Assembly: GCA_023412665.1 (NCBI GenBank)
Contig: JAEZCA010000035.1
Coordinates: 136,633-200,632 of the forward strand
Direction: 5' to 3'
DNA from: Bacillota bacterium
Lineage (GTDB): Bacteria > Bacillota > Clostridia > Acetivibrionales > DTU013
Length of the DNA: 64,000 nucleotides
The position numbers were made by a program, and so were the translations under genes. The notes beneath the pieces are model-generated. The model saw nothing but the letters and a program-made list of their open reading frames with translations, was not told the origin of the DNA and searched no databases. Below, piece after piece: positions 1 to 9,000 of this stretch; the first letter of the stretch is position 1, and the number at the start of each line of letters is the position of its first letter.

Positions 1-1
1 G

Positions 2-784
2 CCGATCGTTGCCGCCGCAGGTGTCACGGGAAGATACTTTTACGAGAAGCATGTGGACTTTAAAAGCTTTAAGAATGTAGATATAGCCGGGAACATATTT
101 GATGCGGATGTCATGATCGACCTTTCCCATGTTAAAGGCCATGGAGTATGCGGTTATGGCGGCGCCTGCAAGAATATCGCCATGGGCTGCGTCACAGACA
201 GGACCCGCCAGCAGCTCCACGGCCTTGAAGGCGGCATCGAATGGGATGAGGACATCTGCACCCACTGTGAGCTGTGCTTAAACAGCTGCAACCATTATGC
301 CAACAGCTTCGAGGATGGAAAGTACACGGTCAATTATCACCATTGCACCCTTTGCCAGCATTGCGTGAAGGTTTGCCCTGTCTCTGCCATGAAAATGCTT
401 GCAAATCAATATGAGGATTTTCAAAGAGGAATGGCTCTATGTACACAGGAAGTCCTTAAGACCTTTGAGCCCGGAAATGTATTCTATATAAATTTCTTGA
501 TCAATATAACAGCATTGTGTGACTGCTGGGGCCTGACAACGCCTTCCCTTGTTCCCGATATAGGCGTCATGGCTTCAAAGGACATCGTTGCCATCGAAAA
601 AGCCTGCCTGGATGCAATAAAGTACGAAAACCTGATACCGGCCGGAGTACCGAAGGGCCATGAATTGCGCAGTGAAGGGCATCTGTTCGAAAGGCTCCAC
701 GGCAAGAATCCCTTCATTCAGCTGAAGGAGCTTGAAAAGCTCGGCCTTGGCTCCATGGAATACAATATAAAAGAGATAAAATAG
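2..784 (+). CDS. DUF362-like Fe-S protein with two [4Fe-4S] ferredoxin-type motifs; 5' end cut by window edge
   Basis: The reading frame is open from nt 2, with no stop before the GTG at 53, so the gene begins upstream of the window. Two cluster motifs are present: CTHCELCLNSC and CTLCQHCVKVCP. A stem-loop terminator follows. Confidence 0.7.
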   Translation, partial: PIVAAAGVTGRYFYEKHVDFKSFKNVDIAGNIFDADVMIDLSHVKGHGVCGYGGACKNIAMGCVTDRTRQQLHGLEGGIEWDEDICTHCELCLNSCNHYANSFEDGKYTVNYHHCTLCQHCVKVCPVSAMKMLANQYEDFQRGMALCTQEVLKTFEPGNVFYINFLINITALCDCWGLTTPSLVPDIGVMASKDIVAIEKACLDAIKYENLIPAGVPKGHELRSEGHLFERLHGKNPFIQLKELEKLGLGSMEYNIKEIK

Positions 785-810
785 AAGTGCTTCATGACTC
801 AATGTTCGAA

Positions 811-849
811 AAAAGCCTGATACAGAGAAATCATCTATATCAGGCTTTT
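811..849. terminator. Stem-loop terminator between convergent genes
   Basis: AAAAGCCTGATA ... TATCAGGCTTTTG: a 9-bp perfect stem (AGCCTGATA/TATCAGGCT) flanked by an A-run and a T-run. Confidence 0.6.
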
Positions 850-913
850 GCTGTATCATGTCTTCATTGTTCGCCAGACATACTGTTACTGCTTTTACCT
901 TTTTTGCAGTCTA

Positions 914-1447
914 TCACCTTTGAATCTCAGAATATAAGTGTCTGTTCCTGTAAAATATCTCCTCCAGCGACTCGATATCGGCCGGATCAAGTCTTTCTGC
1001 TGCATATTCCAACAATGCAGTAATTTCTTCATCCGTTATACCATCCCTTGAAATATCGGACAGCATTTTCAAATCATCCCTATCAATCCTTGATACTATA
1101 TATGCCAGAGTTATTTTGTCCCTCAAACTCATTTCATTAATCAGAATTTCTGCATCACCCAGGTCAGGCAGGCTGCTTAACGAATAATTGCTTTCGGTAG
1201 AGACGTCGCCTGCGATAGAACTGTCCCCTTTGGCAGAACCGTCCCCCTCGACAGAACTGTCCCCCTCGACAGAACCGTCCCCTTTGGCAGAGACGTCGCC
1301 TGCGATAGAACTGTCCCCCTCTATTAGCAGCAGATCGGATAAATGGATATTGAAGTGCACGCGCAACACAATGAGGTTTACAATGCACATCAAGATGAAA
1401 ATGAACGCTAGCACCGATATCAGACTGCGGATTCTAATTTTTCGCAT
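914..1447 (-). CDS. Hypothetical membrane-anchored protein with G-D-x-S-x-x hexapeptide repeats
   Basis: 177-aa ORF with an N-terminal hydrophobic anchor (SLISVLAFIFILMCIVNLIVL), seven tandem hexapeptides and an acidic C-terminal domain. The SD is weak and no family was recognised. Confidence 0.55.
   Translation of the reverse strand: MRKIRIRSLISVLAFIFILMCIVNLIVLRVHFNIHLSDLLLIEGDSSIAGDVSAKGDGSVEGDSSVEGDGSAKGDSSIAGDVSTESNYSLSSLPDLGDAEILINEMSLRDKITLAYIVSRIDRDDLKMLSDISRDGITDEEITALLEYAAERLDPADIESLEEIFYRNRHLYSEIQR
1193..1318 (-). repeat. Tandem 18-nt coding repeat (7 units, GDSSIA/GDVSAK/GDGSVE...)
   Basis: A ~33-nt block (AGAGACGTCGCCTGCGATAGAACTGTCCCC) occurs at both ends of the array, and GACAGAAC(T/C)GTCCCC units lie between. 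The repeat also creates long shadow ORFs in the other frames (1164..1388, 1188..1454). Confidence 0.85.
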
Positions 1448-1449
1448 AA

Positions 1450-1483
1450 AATAATACCTGCAATTTCTTTTACAGGTATTATT
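1450..1483 (-). terminator. Intrinsic terminator downstream of galU
   Basis: AATAATACCTG - 12 nt loop - CAGGTATTATT, followed on the minus strand by TTTTA. Confidence 0.5.
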
Positions 1484-1527
1484 TGCATTATAACTGCTTT
1501 ACTATTCATTTTTTACAGCGTTACAGC

Positions 1528-2403
1528 TTAAAGAGTTTTTACTATATCCTTCAGATAGGCTGCAAATTCATCCTTCAGTTCATTCCGCTTCAGTGCGAAT
1601 TCAACCGTCGCCTCCAGGAAGCCCTGCTTATTGCCCACGTCATACCGCTTCCCGATAAAATCATATGCATAAACCGAATTCGATGACAGCAGAGCCTTCA
1701 GAGCATCCGTCAGCTGTATTTCCCCGCCTTTTCCCGGAGCTGCCCTCTCGAGGTATGAAAAAATCTCAGGAGTGATTATATATCTGCCAAGTATGGCCAC
1801 ATTGGATGGAGCCTTTTCACGCTCCGGCTTCTCAACCATATCCTCTACCCTGTAGATCCGCTCCCCGATCCCGTAGCCTTTGATTATGCCATACTTTGAA
1901 ACGTCGTTTTCAGGGACATGCTGAACACCCAGGATAGTTGTATTATACTGCTCATAGGCACCTATCATCTGCTTGAGGCACGGCACCTCGGAGTCCACTA
2001 TATCATCTCCGAGCAATACCGCAAAGGGTTCATTGTCAATAAAGGAACGGGCGCAATATATTGCATGTCCAAGTCCTCTGGGCTCCTTTTGCCTGATATA
2101 GTTCACATTGGCCAGATTTGAAATCTCCTGTACAAGAGACAGCAGCTCTTCTTCCCCTTTTCTCGTGAGCATGTCCTCAAGCTCGTAGGATTTGTCGAAA
2201 TGGTCTTCGATAGCTCTTTTTCCGCGTCCTGTCACTATCAGGATGTCCTCGATACCCGATGCGACAGCTTCCTCTATAATATATTGGATAGTAGGCTTGT
2301 CTACTATTGGAAGCATCTCTTTAGGCTGAGCCTTGGTGGCCGGCAGAAATCTGGTGCCCATCCCGGCTGCAGGAATAACGGCCTTGCGTATCTTCAAATC
2401 CAT
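1528..2403 (-). CDS. galU: UTP--glucose-1-phosphate uridylyltransferase
   Basis: [45 protein letters not shown] is the canonical GalU/GtaB N-terminus. I moved the start to ATG 2403, which sits behind a GGGGAGAG SD; the track start at 2463 has none. Confidence 0.92.
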   Translation of the reverse strand: MDLKIRKAVIPAAGMGTRFLPATKAQPKEMLPIVDKPTIQYIIEEAVASGIEDILIVTGRGKRAIEDHFDKSYELEDMLTRKGEEELLSLVQEISNLANVNYIRQKEPRGLGHAIYCARSFIDNEPFAVLLGDDIVDSEVPCLKQMIGAYEQYNTTILGVQHVPENDVSKYGIIKGYGIGERIYRVEDMVEKPEREKAPSNVAILGRYIITPEIFSYLERAAPGKGGEIQLTDALKALLSSNSVYAYDFIGKRYDVGNKQGFLEATVEFALKRNELKDEFAAYLKDIVKTL

Positions 2404-2704
2404 CTCTCCCCTGACATTATATTGATCACAAATACTCTGTGTTTCATTTACATTATTATACACTATTGCTCATCAGGATTGATAAGAAATATTTGAAAAA
2501 TTTGTTTACCGGTCATGCATAACTGATCACTGGCTTAGAAATAACAAACTTGACACATCTGCAAATTTGATAATATGATTTTATTATCAGGTAATTTTTG
2601 CAATAATAAAAATTTTCTTTGTATTGATAGGTTATAAAGTTTGGAAAAACGAATGCATAATAATAATAATAATGGAACAAAACCAGCAGAGGTGGAGGAT
2701 ACAT

Positions 2705-3529
2705 ATGATACATTTTGAGTTCAAGGCATATGCAGTTCTCAATGAGATCGATCTCAACAAAATAGCTGTCAGCTGCGGCATCCCGAAAAAATACACCTGG
2801 GAGGAGCCTCTCATTCTGCATAACGGGCTTTTGCAGAAAATACTCGGAAGGGATTATGAGGAAGGCTGCAGGGTATTCGTTTTCTCCTTCGGCTGTATCG
2901 TGCTGGTTAACGTGCCGGAGAGCGAAATGCCTCCCCTGCTGAAATACATCAGGGAGTTCGAGCCGGAACTCGACCTGAACAATTGGAGCCGGTACAGCGA
3001 TGAGTATGAATTACGCGCTGAGCCTGAAGGGCGCCTTAAAATAACGGATGCATATGCCATTGTACCGAAGTATGAGTTCTTCTATACAGAGCTGGCCGCA
3101 ACAATTATAGCGAAATCAGTAGCTATGGAAAAAACTGAGTTCGAGCTCGGCAAAATATTTGACAGGCTGGAAACCATGATAGACCGTCTGGAACACGGTC
3201 AGCTGCACGTGGGCAACAGAGAGCTTGCAAGGACGACTGCAAGGGTGACGAGGCACCAGTACAATACCGTCAGCTATATAATGATACTTGATAAACCCGA
3301 TATTACCTGGAGCAACAGTGACGCATCGCTGTTTTATGAAAAAATGTCCGACTTTTTTGAGCTGAATGACAGATACACTATACTGACAAAGAAAGCTGAC
3401 ATTTTAAATAACATTATCAACGGTTTTTCATCTATCAGCCATTCTATCAGAGGGCTGTTCGTGGAATGGATAATCGTTGCATTGATCGTCGTTGAGGTAA
3501 TACTGATGATAATGGACTTTATTCTGTAA
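2705..3529 (+). CDS. RMD1/DUF155-like protein (paralog 1), C-terminal TM helix
   Basis: Start ATG 2705 lies behind a GGTGGAGGA SD. The protein has a soluble domain plus a terminal hydrophobic helix (FVEWIIVALIVVEVILMIM). Family assignment is from memory of the DUF155 architecture. Confidence 0.7.
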   Translation: MIHFEFKAYAVLNEIDLNKIAVSCGIPKKYTWEEPLILHNGLLQKILGRDYEEGCRVFVFSFGCIVLVNVPESEMPPLLKYIREFEPELDLNNWSRYSDEYELRAEPEGRLKITDAYAIVPKYEFFYTELAATIIAKSVAMEKTEFELGKIFDRLETMIDRLEHGQLHVGNRELARTTARVTRHQYNTVSYIMILDKPDITWSNSDASLFYEKMSDFFELNDRYTILTKKADILNNIINGFSSISHSIRGLFVEWIIVALIVVEVILMIMDFIL

Positions 3530-3582
3530 AATGGTATGCATTGCAGCAAATATTCCAGCAAAGGACAAATCGGCGGTGAAAT

Positions 3583-4476
3583 ATGAACGCAAAGCACTTT
3601 ATATGCTATAAAGCTTACAATTCAATAGACCTGAAAAACGCAGCTTCACTGTTCGGCCTCCCGGCTCCTGAAAGCAGGGACAGGTTTATCATACTTGGAG
3701 GCAGACAGCTGTCTGAAGCATATAAGTATGATATGAAGAAAAAAAGGATCCTTATATTCAGCATTGGCTGCATCGTCTTTGAAGATTTCAATATAGATGA
3801 AACAGACAAATTCTTTGAAGCTCTCGGTCAAACCATCGGCGAACCGGATTACAGGATGCTTGCTGTATACAGGGAAAGCCACACGATAACAATAACCGAT
3901 CAGGACACCGTATACCTATGGAAAGAAAACTCAACGGCATACCCTGTCAAAGATGAGCTTCCGGATATCATCGCTATAATTCTGGCTAAATCTGCAGCAC
4001 TTTCAAAGGAAGAGTCAGATATCGACAAGCTGCTGGATGAAGCGGACAGCCATATATCCGGATACCAGAAGGGAATCATCAGCAGCGGGACCCGTCGATT
4101 TACGTCAACTATGGCACATATAATAAAATTCGAGCAGCAAAGCGCAGCCGGGATAATGATATTCGACAGGCCAGCAGCCACTGAAGGTAGTATTCAGCTT
4201 AGAGAAGCCTATGACAAGCTTTCAGCGTACTATGAGCTTGATGATAGATATGAGGTCCTTGAAAACAAGGTCTCCGAGCTTCGCAATATCGTACGGACAT
4301 ACTCTACTCTCAGATACAGGAGGCAGGAAAACCGCCTGCTTGTTTTTGAAATATTTCTGCTTATGCTCTTTCCTTTATTCCGGTTAGCTGAGCACATTAT
4401 TGGAAATCAAGCTGTAAAAAGCTTTGTCCACATGATTTTCCCACATTTGTTACAGAAACTTAATATTTTTTATTAG
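3583..4476 (+). CDS. RMD1/DUF155-like protein (paralog 2)
   Basis: Same architecture and co-linear similarity to the upstream gene (e.g. FSIGCIVFE vs FSFGCIVLV, ELDDRYEVLENK vs ELNDRYTILTKK), with a C-terminal hydrophobic helix. Confidence 0.7.
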   Translation: MNAKHFICYKAYNSIDLKNAASLFGLPAPESRDRFIILGGRQLSEAYKYDMKKKRILIFSIGCIVFEDFNIDETDKFFEALGQTIGEPDYRMLAVYRESHTITITDQDTVYLWKENSTAYPVKDELPDIIAIILAKSAALSKEESDIDKLLDEADSHISGYQKGIISSGTRRFTSTMAHIIKFEQQSAAGIMIFDRPAATEGSIQLREAYDKLSAYYELDDRYEVLENKVSELRNIVRTYSTLRYRRQENRLLVFEIFLLMLFPLFRLAEHIIGNQAVKSFVHMIFPHLLQKLNIFY

Positions 4477-4735
4477 CAAATCATGGTACAATATAATTGC
4501 CACAGCCAATAATACTAATTTTTCATTTTTGTTCCTCCTTTTAATATAGACTATGGCTAATTTTATCTGATCTGGTAAAGCACTTATTATTATTCGGTAT
4601 TATTTATAAATATTTACCAAGTGCTTTATTTTTTTGCCCGTTTTCAAAGTCTGCTGCCGAGCTGCTGATCGCATGGCAGAATGTTTCGATATCCATGCTG
4701 GTATAAAATACTTTACATACATGCTGTGAAAGGTG

Positions 4736-4764
4736 TTGATAAGAAAAGGCATATTGAGTATAAT
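4736..4764 (+). promoter_or_regulatory. Sigma-A type promoter of SRP RNA
   Basis: TTGATA (4736-4741), a 17-nt spacer, then TATAAT (4759-4764). Confidence 0.7.
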
Positions 4765-4800
4765 AGGTAGGTGACGTTTTTAGTATTACACTTGTTTAAA

Positions 4801-5075
4801 CTTTGGCTGTGCTAGACGGGGAGGTAGCGGTGCCCTGAACCTGCAATCCGCTGCAGCAGGGTCGAATTCCTGTTCGAGGCTCTGCTTTTGTAGGGTCTGT
4901 TCCATGCAAGTGGCGATGACGACTGGGTCTTGCGCAACGTAAGTCTGTGAACCCCGCCAGGTCCGGAAGGAAGCAACGGTAAGCGGATACTTGCGTGTGC
5001 CGCAGGGTTGCCTGGTTAGAGCCAACTATATGGGTAACGCTTGTAGAAGCAAGTCGACAACAGGTGCACAGCCTT
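4801..5075 (+). ncRNA. ffs: Signal recognition particle RNA, long Bacillus-type (scRNA)
   Basis: GTGCTAGACGGGGAGGTAGCGGTGCCCTG near the 5' end and the domain IV motif CAGGTCCGGAAGGAAGCAAC match the Bacillus scRNA as remembered. The 5' GGCTGTGC pairs with the 3' GCACAGCC. The gene sits directly upstream of dnaX-ybaB-recR, as in B. subtilis. Ends are accurate to about +/-10 nt. Confidence 0.9.
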
Positions 5076-5087
5076 CAATTATAAAAA

Positions 5088-5110
5088 GGTGCGTATATCG
5101 CACCTTTTTT
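5088..5110 (+). terminator. Intrinsic terminator of SRP RNA
   Basis: GGTGCG-TATAT-CGCACC followed by TTTTTT. Confidence 0.8.
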
Positions 5111-5193
5111 ATTTATTCAGACAACATTAGCAGACTGCCTTGGCAAAGCACTTAGTGGGGTCTTTTTTTTGACTTGCCATTTTGATATACTAT

Positions 5194-5356
5194 GTTCATA
5201 ACGCATCTTACCTCTGCGCGTTTCAATGAGGCTGGGAGATATGCTCACTACCTCGTTATAACACTTCGGTTCAAAGAAAATTTTTCGTTTGTAGAAAAAT
5301 TTTCTTTCCTCAGCAGTGTTTCAACGAGGCGGGGGATATTATTCGCCGAGTTATAA
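5194..5356 (+). repeat. Intergenic modular repeat, copy A (rearranged/dimeric)
   Basis: Shares ATAACGCATC, GTTCAAAGAAAA(A)TTTTT..TGTAGAAAA(A)TTTTCTT and ACCTCTGCGCGTTTCAA(C/T)GAGGC.GGGAGATAT modules with 33441..33620. The GTTTCAACGAGGCGGG module occurs twice, and the GTTATAAC-like boundary is repeated. Confidence 0.75.
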
Positions 5357-5383
5357 ATACGGATCAAAAGAAAGGCTGTTGAT

Positions 5384-7150
5384 ATGTCTTACGTTGCTTT
5401 ATACAGAGAATGGAGGCCAACAAGCTTCAAGGATGTGGTCGAGCAGGAGCATGTGGTAAAAGCCCTCCGCTACAGCGTCAGTACGGGCAGGATCGCCCAT
5501 GCCTATCTTTTCTGTGGCACAAGGGGCACCGGCAAAACGACTATGGCACATATATTATCCAGAGCCGTCAACTGTCTGGATCCGCATGACGGCGAGCCCT
5601 GCAACCAGTGCGAGATCTGCCGCGAGATACTCTCGGGCAGCAGCGTCGATGTGCTGGAAATAGACGCAGCCTCAAACAATAGCGTTGACAACGTCCGCTC
5701 CATAAGGGACGAGGTCATATATGCGCCGACAAAAGCAAAACGCAAGGTCTATATCATAGACGAAGTCCATATGCTGTCCACAGGAGCCTTCAACGCGCTG
5801 CTTAAAACGCTGGAGGAGCCTCCTGAGCATGTCATTTTCATACTTGCGACAACTGAACCTCACAAGCTGCCAGCCACTATTCTTTCCCGCTGTCAGCGAT
5901 TTGATTTCAGACGGATATCCCAGGACAGCATTGTGGGACATATTAATAAAATAGCATCATCAGACAGCGTCACACTTGACAATGATGCAGCCAGGCTCAT
6001 AGCCAGGATGTCTGACGGTGCCATGAGGGATGCCATAAGCCTGCTGGACCAGTGTATGTCACTGGGCCGTGAAAGCATCAGCTATGATGATGTACTGTCT
6101 GTCGTGGGCATAGTGAATGATGAATTTATGACAGGCTTCATTGGCGATATGCTTGATAAAAATGTTGTAAAGCTGCTGCAGAACATCAGCAGTCTGGTCT
6201 CAGACGGACGCGATGCGGCGCATTTCGTTTCAGATCTGGTCATGTATTTCAGAAACCTTATGATCTGCAAATCCACCGGCGGAAAGTGCGATGAGCTGAT
6301 AGAGGTTCCGTCTGCTGTTCTATCTATAATGAAGAAACAGGCACAAGCCATATCTCTCGATGAAATAATGCGTTATATCAAAGAGCTGTCTGTATTGGAA
6401 AACAGCCTTAAGTATGCCATAAATCCAAGAGTACTGCTGGAGGTCACTCTGATAAAGGTTTGCGGAAGCAACAGCAGTAATGGAGGCAGCAGCGTCGACG
6501 CCAATGGCGGCGGAAGCATAAGTGCGGATCTTGAAGCAAGGCTGGCCGCAATCGAAAGAAGGCTCGATAGCGGTGATTTCCCCACAGCAGCACAGACTGC
6601 AGGACGTCAACCGGCAATAGCTCATGATTATGGTGACATTCCTCGACCCGAACTGTCGGAACCACCGGTGCATTACGGCGGAAATACCAGCACAGCGCGG
6701 CAGACTGCTGAGAGTAGTGCAAATACGGCAAACAGCGACGAAAAAGTAGTGGCTGCGCAAAAAACACCAGGACCTGTGACATCGGCACAAGAGGCTGTTG
6801 AATACGATAAATGGCCGGCTGTTATGAAACACCTCAAAAGTCTCGGCAAGATGGCCATATACACCATACTGCTCAATATCAAGGCTGTCCTGATCGATGG
6901 CACCACGATCGGTCTTGTTTCCTCGGATGCCGCAATCAGAACTTTGGTAACAAAGATAGAGCATATAAAAATCATCGAAGAGGCAGTTGAAAAAGTAACA
7001 GGCCGTGAAATGAAAATAAAGTGTATAGATGAAGATGTACTGAAGAAGGCAGTCCCGGCAGAAAAACCCCAGGAAAGCAGTGATATGCTCAAACGGGCCC
7101 GCCTCATAGCGGAAAAGGCAGGCCTTCCCCTTGAAATAATCGATGAATAA
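5384..7150 (+). CDS. dnaX: DNA polymerase III subunit gamma/tau
   Basis: Walker A GTRGTGKTT, zinc module CNQCEIC, and DEVHML. The locus order is ffs-dnaX-ybaB-recR. Confidence 0.95.
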   Translation: MSYVALYREWRPTSFKDVVEQEHVVKALRYSVSTGRIAHAYLFCGTRGTGKTTMAHILSRAVNCLDPHDGEPCNQCEICREILSGSSVDVLEIDAASNNSVDNVRSIRDEVIYAPTKAKRKVYIIDEVHMLSTGAFNALLKTLEEPPEHVIFILATTEPHKLPATILSRCQRFDFRRISQDSIVGHINKIASSDSVTLDNDAARLIARMSDGAMRDAISLLDQCMSLGRESISYDDVLSVVGIVNDEFMTGFIGDMLDKNVVKLLQNISSLVSDGRDAAHFVSDLVMYFRNLMICKSTGGKCDELIEVPSAVLSIMKKQAQAISLDEIMRYIKELSVLENSLKYAINPRVLLEVTLIKVCGSNSSNGGSSVDANGGGSISADLEARLAAIERRLDSGDFPTAAQTAGRQPAIAHDYGDIPRPELSEPPVHYGGNTSTARQTAESSANTANSDEKVVAAQKTPGPVTSAQEAVEYDKWPAVMKHLKSLGKMAIYTILLNIKAVLIDGTTIGLVSSDAAIRTLVTKIEHIKIIEEAVEKVTGREMKIKCIDEDVLKKAVPAEKPQESSDMLKRARLIAEKAGLPLEIIDE

Positions 7151-7271
7151 GCGTCTGCAGACAGCCGGGCTCCTGACAGAAATATTTGAATCGATGGATC
7201 GATGACCCTTGAATGACTCAAACAAGTTTTATATAATTAGAAAAGATATCAATGACTACGGAGGTGCCATT

Positions 7272-7619
7272 ATGGCAAAAGGCGGATTTCCGGGCGGCTT
7301 TGGCGGCGGAAACATGAACAATCTCATGAAACAGGCTCAGAAAATGCAAAAGGATATGGAAAAAATGCAGGCTGAGCTTCAGGAAAAAGAAGTTGAGGCA
7401 ACTGCCGGAGGCGGTGCAATAAAAGTCATCGCCACAGGCAAGAAGGAAATAAAGGAAATAACCATAAGCCGTGACGTCGTTGACCCTGATGATGTCGAAA
7501 TGCTGCAGGACCTGATATTGGCCGCTGTAAACGAAGCTATCCGTATGGCTGATGAAATGGTCAATAGCCAGATGTCCAAAATAACAGGCGGCATGGGCGG
7601 ACTCGGCGGGCTGTTCTGA
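7272..7619 (+). CDS. ybaB: Nucleoid-associated protein YbaB/EbfC
   Basis: Start ATG 7272 lies behind a GGAGGTG SD. The [18 protein letters not shown] motif is present, and the gene sits between dnaX and recR. Confidence 0.9.
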   Translation: MAKGGFPGGFGGGNMNNLMKQAQKMQKDMEKMQAELQEKEVEATAGGGAIKVIATGKKEIKEITISRDVVDPDDVEMLQDLILAAVNEAIRMADEMVNSQMSKITGGMGGLGGLF

Positions 7620-7620
7620 T

Positions 7621-8223
7621 ATGAGCTATTTTTACGCACCGCCGGTTGCAAGACTTATCGAAGAATTTGAAAAGCTTCCGGGCATTGGTCATAAGACCGC
7701 CCAGAGGCTTGCATTTCATGTACTCAATTTACCTGCTGAAAAATCAGAAGCTCTAGCTAACGCAATTAAAGAAGCAAAACTCAAAACACGTTACTGTTCC
7801 ATATGCAGTAATCTTACCGAATCAGATCCGTGTAATATATGCAGCAGCACAAAGCGGGACCATGGCCTTATCTGTATTGTCGAAGATCCCAGAGATGTGG
7901 TCGCCATGGAAAGGATACGTGAATTCAACGGCATATACCATGTTCTGCACGGAGTCATCTCCCCTATGGAGGGCATAGGCCCGGAAGACATAAAAATAAA
8001 AGAACTCCTTCAGAGGATACGTGAGGGTGATATACGTGAAGTCATACTTGCGACTGATCCCGATGTTGAAGGCGAAGCCACAGCCATGTACATATCCAAG
8101 CTCCTGAAGCCTGTCGGCATCAGGACTACAAGAATTGCTCACGGTATCCCGGTCGGCGGCGACCTGGAGTATGCGGATGAAGTCACCCTGGCCAAAGCGC
8201 TGGAAGGTCGAAGGGAAATATGA
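7621..8223 (+). CDS. recR: Recombination protein RecR
   Basis: HhH N-terminus ([15 protein letters not shown]), Cys4 finger [16 protein letters not shown], and a Toprim region. Confidence 0.95.
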   Translation: MSYFYAPPVARLIEEFEKLPGIGHKTAQRLAFHVLNLPAEKSEALANAIKEAKLKTRYCSICSNLTESDPCNICSSTKRDHGLICIVEDPRDVVAMERIREFNGIYHVLHGVISPMEGIGPEDIKIKELLQRIREGDIREVILATDPDVEGEATAMYISKLLKPVGIRTTRIAHGIPVGGDLEYADEVTLAKALEGRREI

Positions 8224-8420
8224 GAATCACCTGACATGACATGTCCCGATACTGTAAATGAATAAGATACTCCCCGTATAAGGCTGTTTTGCATAATCGC
8301 ATGACAGCTTTTCTACTTTCTTTTCCTCTTCCCATCTATTGAAAATAAAACCAGATCAAAAAAAACAAAAAATCTACAAGACATATATTACACCCTTGCG
8401 TATATTTAATTAAGACATTA

Positions 8421-8436
8421 AAAATATTAATATTTT
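8421..8436. promoter_or_regulatory. Perfect 16-bp A/T palindrome in the AT-rich control region
   Basis: AAAATATTAATATTTT is its own reverse complement. It lies ~35 nt upstream of a TTGACA box. Confidence 0.4.
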
Positions 8437-8470
8437 AATTAATAATTTTAATATTTTTATAAAATGTATA

Positions 8471-8499
8471 TTGACAAGTAAATATAACAATAATAGTAT
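8471..8499 (+). promoter_or_regulatory. Candidate promoter of the DUF2089/DUF4097 operon
   Basis: TTGACA (8471-8476), 17 nt, then TAGTAT. The -10 box is imperfect. Confidence 0.4.
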
Positions 8500-8511
8500 A
8501 TATTATGAGAG

Positions 8512-8547
8512 ATTAAAATAATTGATATGGACATTAATTATTTTAAT
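8512..8547 (+). promoter_or_regulatory. 12-bp inverted repeat (operator or 5'-UTR hairpin)
   Basis: ATTAAAATAATT - 12 nt - AATTATTTTAAT, located between the candidate promoter and the SD of the 8586 gene. Confidence 0.4.
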
Positions 8548-8585
8548 ATAAAGCATAATATTACTTTGATATAAAGGAGTCCATT

Positions 8586-8960
8586 ATGGCAAGAGAAGCA
8601 TTGGGAAAATGTCCAGTATGCGGACAGAACACTGAAGTCACCACAATATACTGTGACAGCTGTGAGACCAGGATCGAAGGGCATTTTACACTTTGCAGGT
8701 TTTGCAGGCTGACCGAAGAACAGAAATCGTTCATTGAGACATTCATTAAATGCAGAGGAAATATCAAGGAGGTGGAAAGGGAACTTGGCATATCATACCC
8801 CACAGTAAAAAGCAGGCTCGAAGATGCCGCAAATGCTCTTGGCTACGCAAGCGCACAGGGCTATGGCAATCCGGAGAGCGAGAAAAGACTCGAGATACTT
8901 GACAAATTGGAAAACGGCGCGATTTCAGTAGCGGAAGCATTGGATCTGCTGAAATCCTAG
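8586..8960 (+). CDS. DUF2089-type zinc-ribbon + HTH protein
   Basis: CPVCGQNTEVTTIYCDSCETRIEGHF...CRFCRL zinc ribbon, followed by FIKCRGNIKEVERELGISYPTVKSRL (HTH). AAAGGAG SD. Confidence 0.8.
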   Translation: MAREALGKCPVCGQNTEVTTIYCDSCETRIEGHFTLCRFCRLTEEQKSFIETFIKCRGNIKEVERELGISYPTVKSRLEDAANALGYASAQGYGNPESEKRLEILDKLENGAISVAEALDLLKS

Positions 8961-9000
8961 ATCGAAATCATAAAATATAATTTATTGGGAGGATTTTAAA

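Noticed and set aside
1164-1454. Alternative-frame ORFs (74 aa minus, 88 aa plus) over the hexapeptide repeat
   Set aside because: They are created by the tandem repeat periodicity. Their composition is repetitive Arg/Gly or Ser/Pro, and they lack start contexts.
2657-2673. (ATA)n microsatellite upstream of the first DUF155 gene
   Set aside because: It is only ~5-6 units inside the spurious 5' extension of the track ORF. It lies upstream of the preferred SD and start (2705), and there is no evidence of function.
4786-5025. 79-aa minus-strand ORF in the track
   Set aside because: It lies entirely antisense within the SRP RNA gene (conserved scRNA motifs on the + strand) and has no SD. It is a spurious ORF.
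6320-7225. 301-aa minus-strand ORF, plus 6673..7221 and other ORFs inside dnaX
   Set aside because: These are antisense shadow ORFs within the confidently identified dnaX. They have no SD and a low-complexity, Cys/Arg-rich composition.
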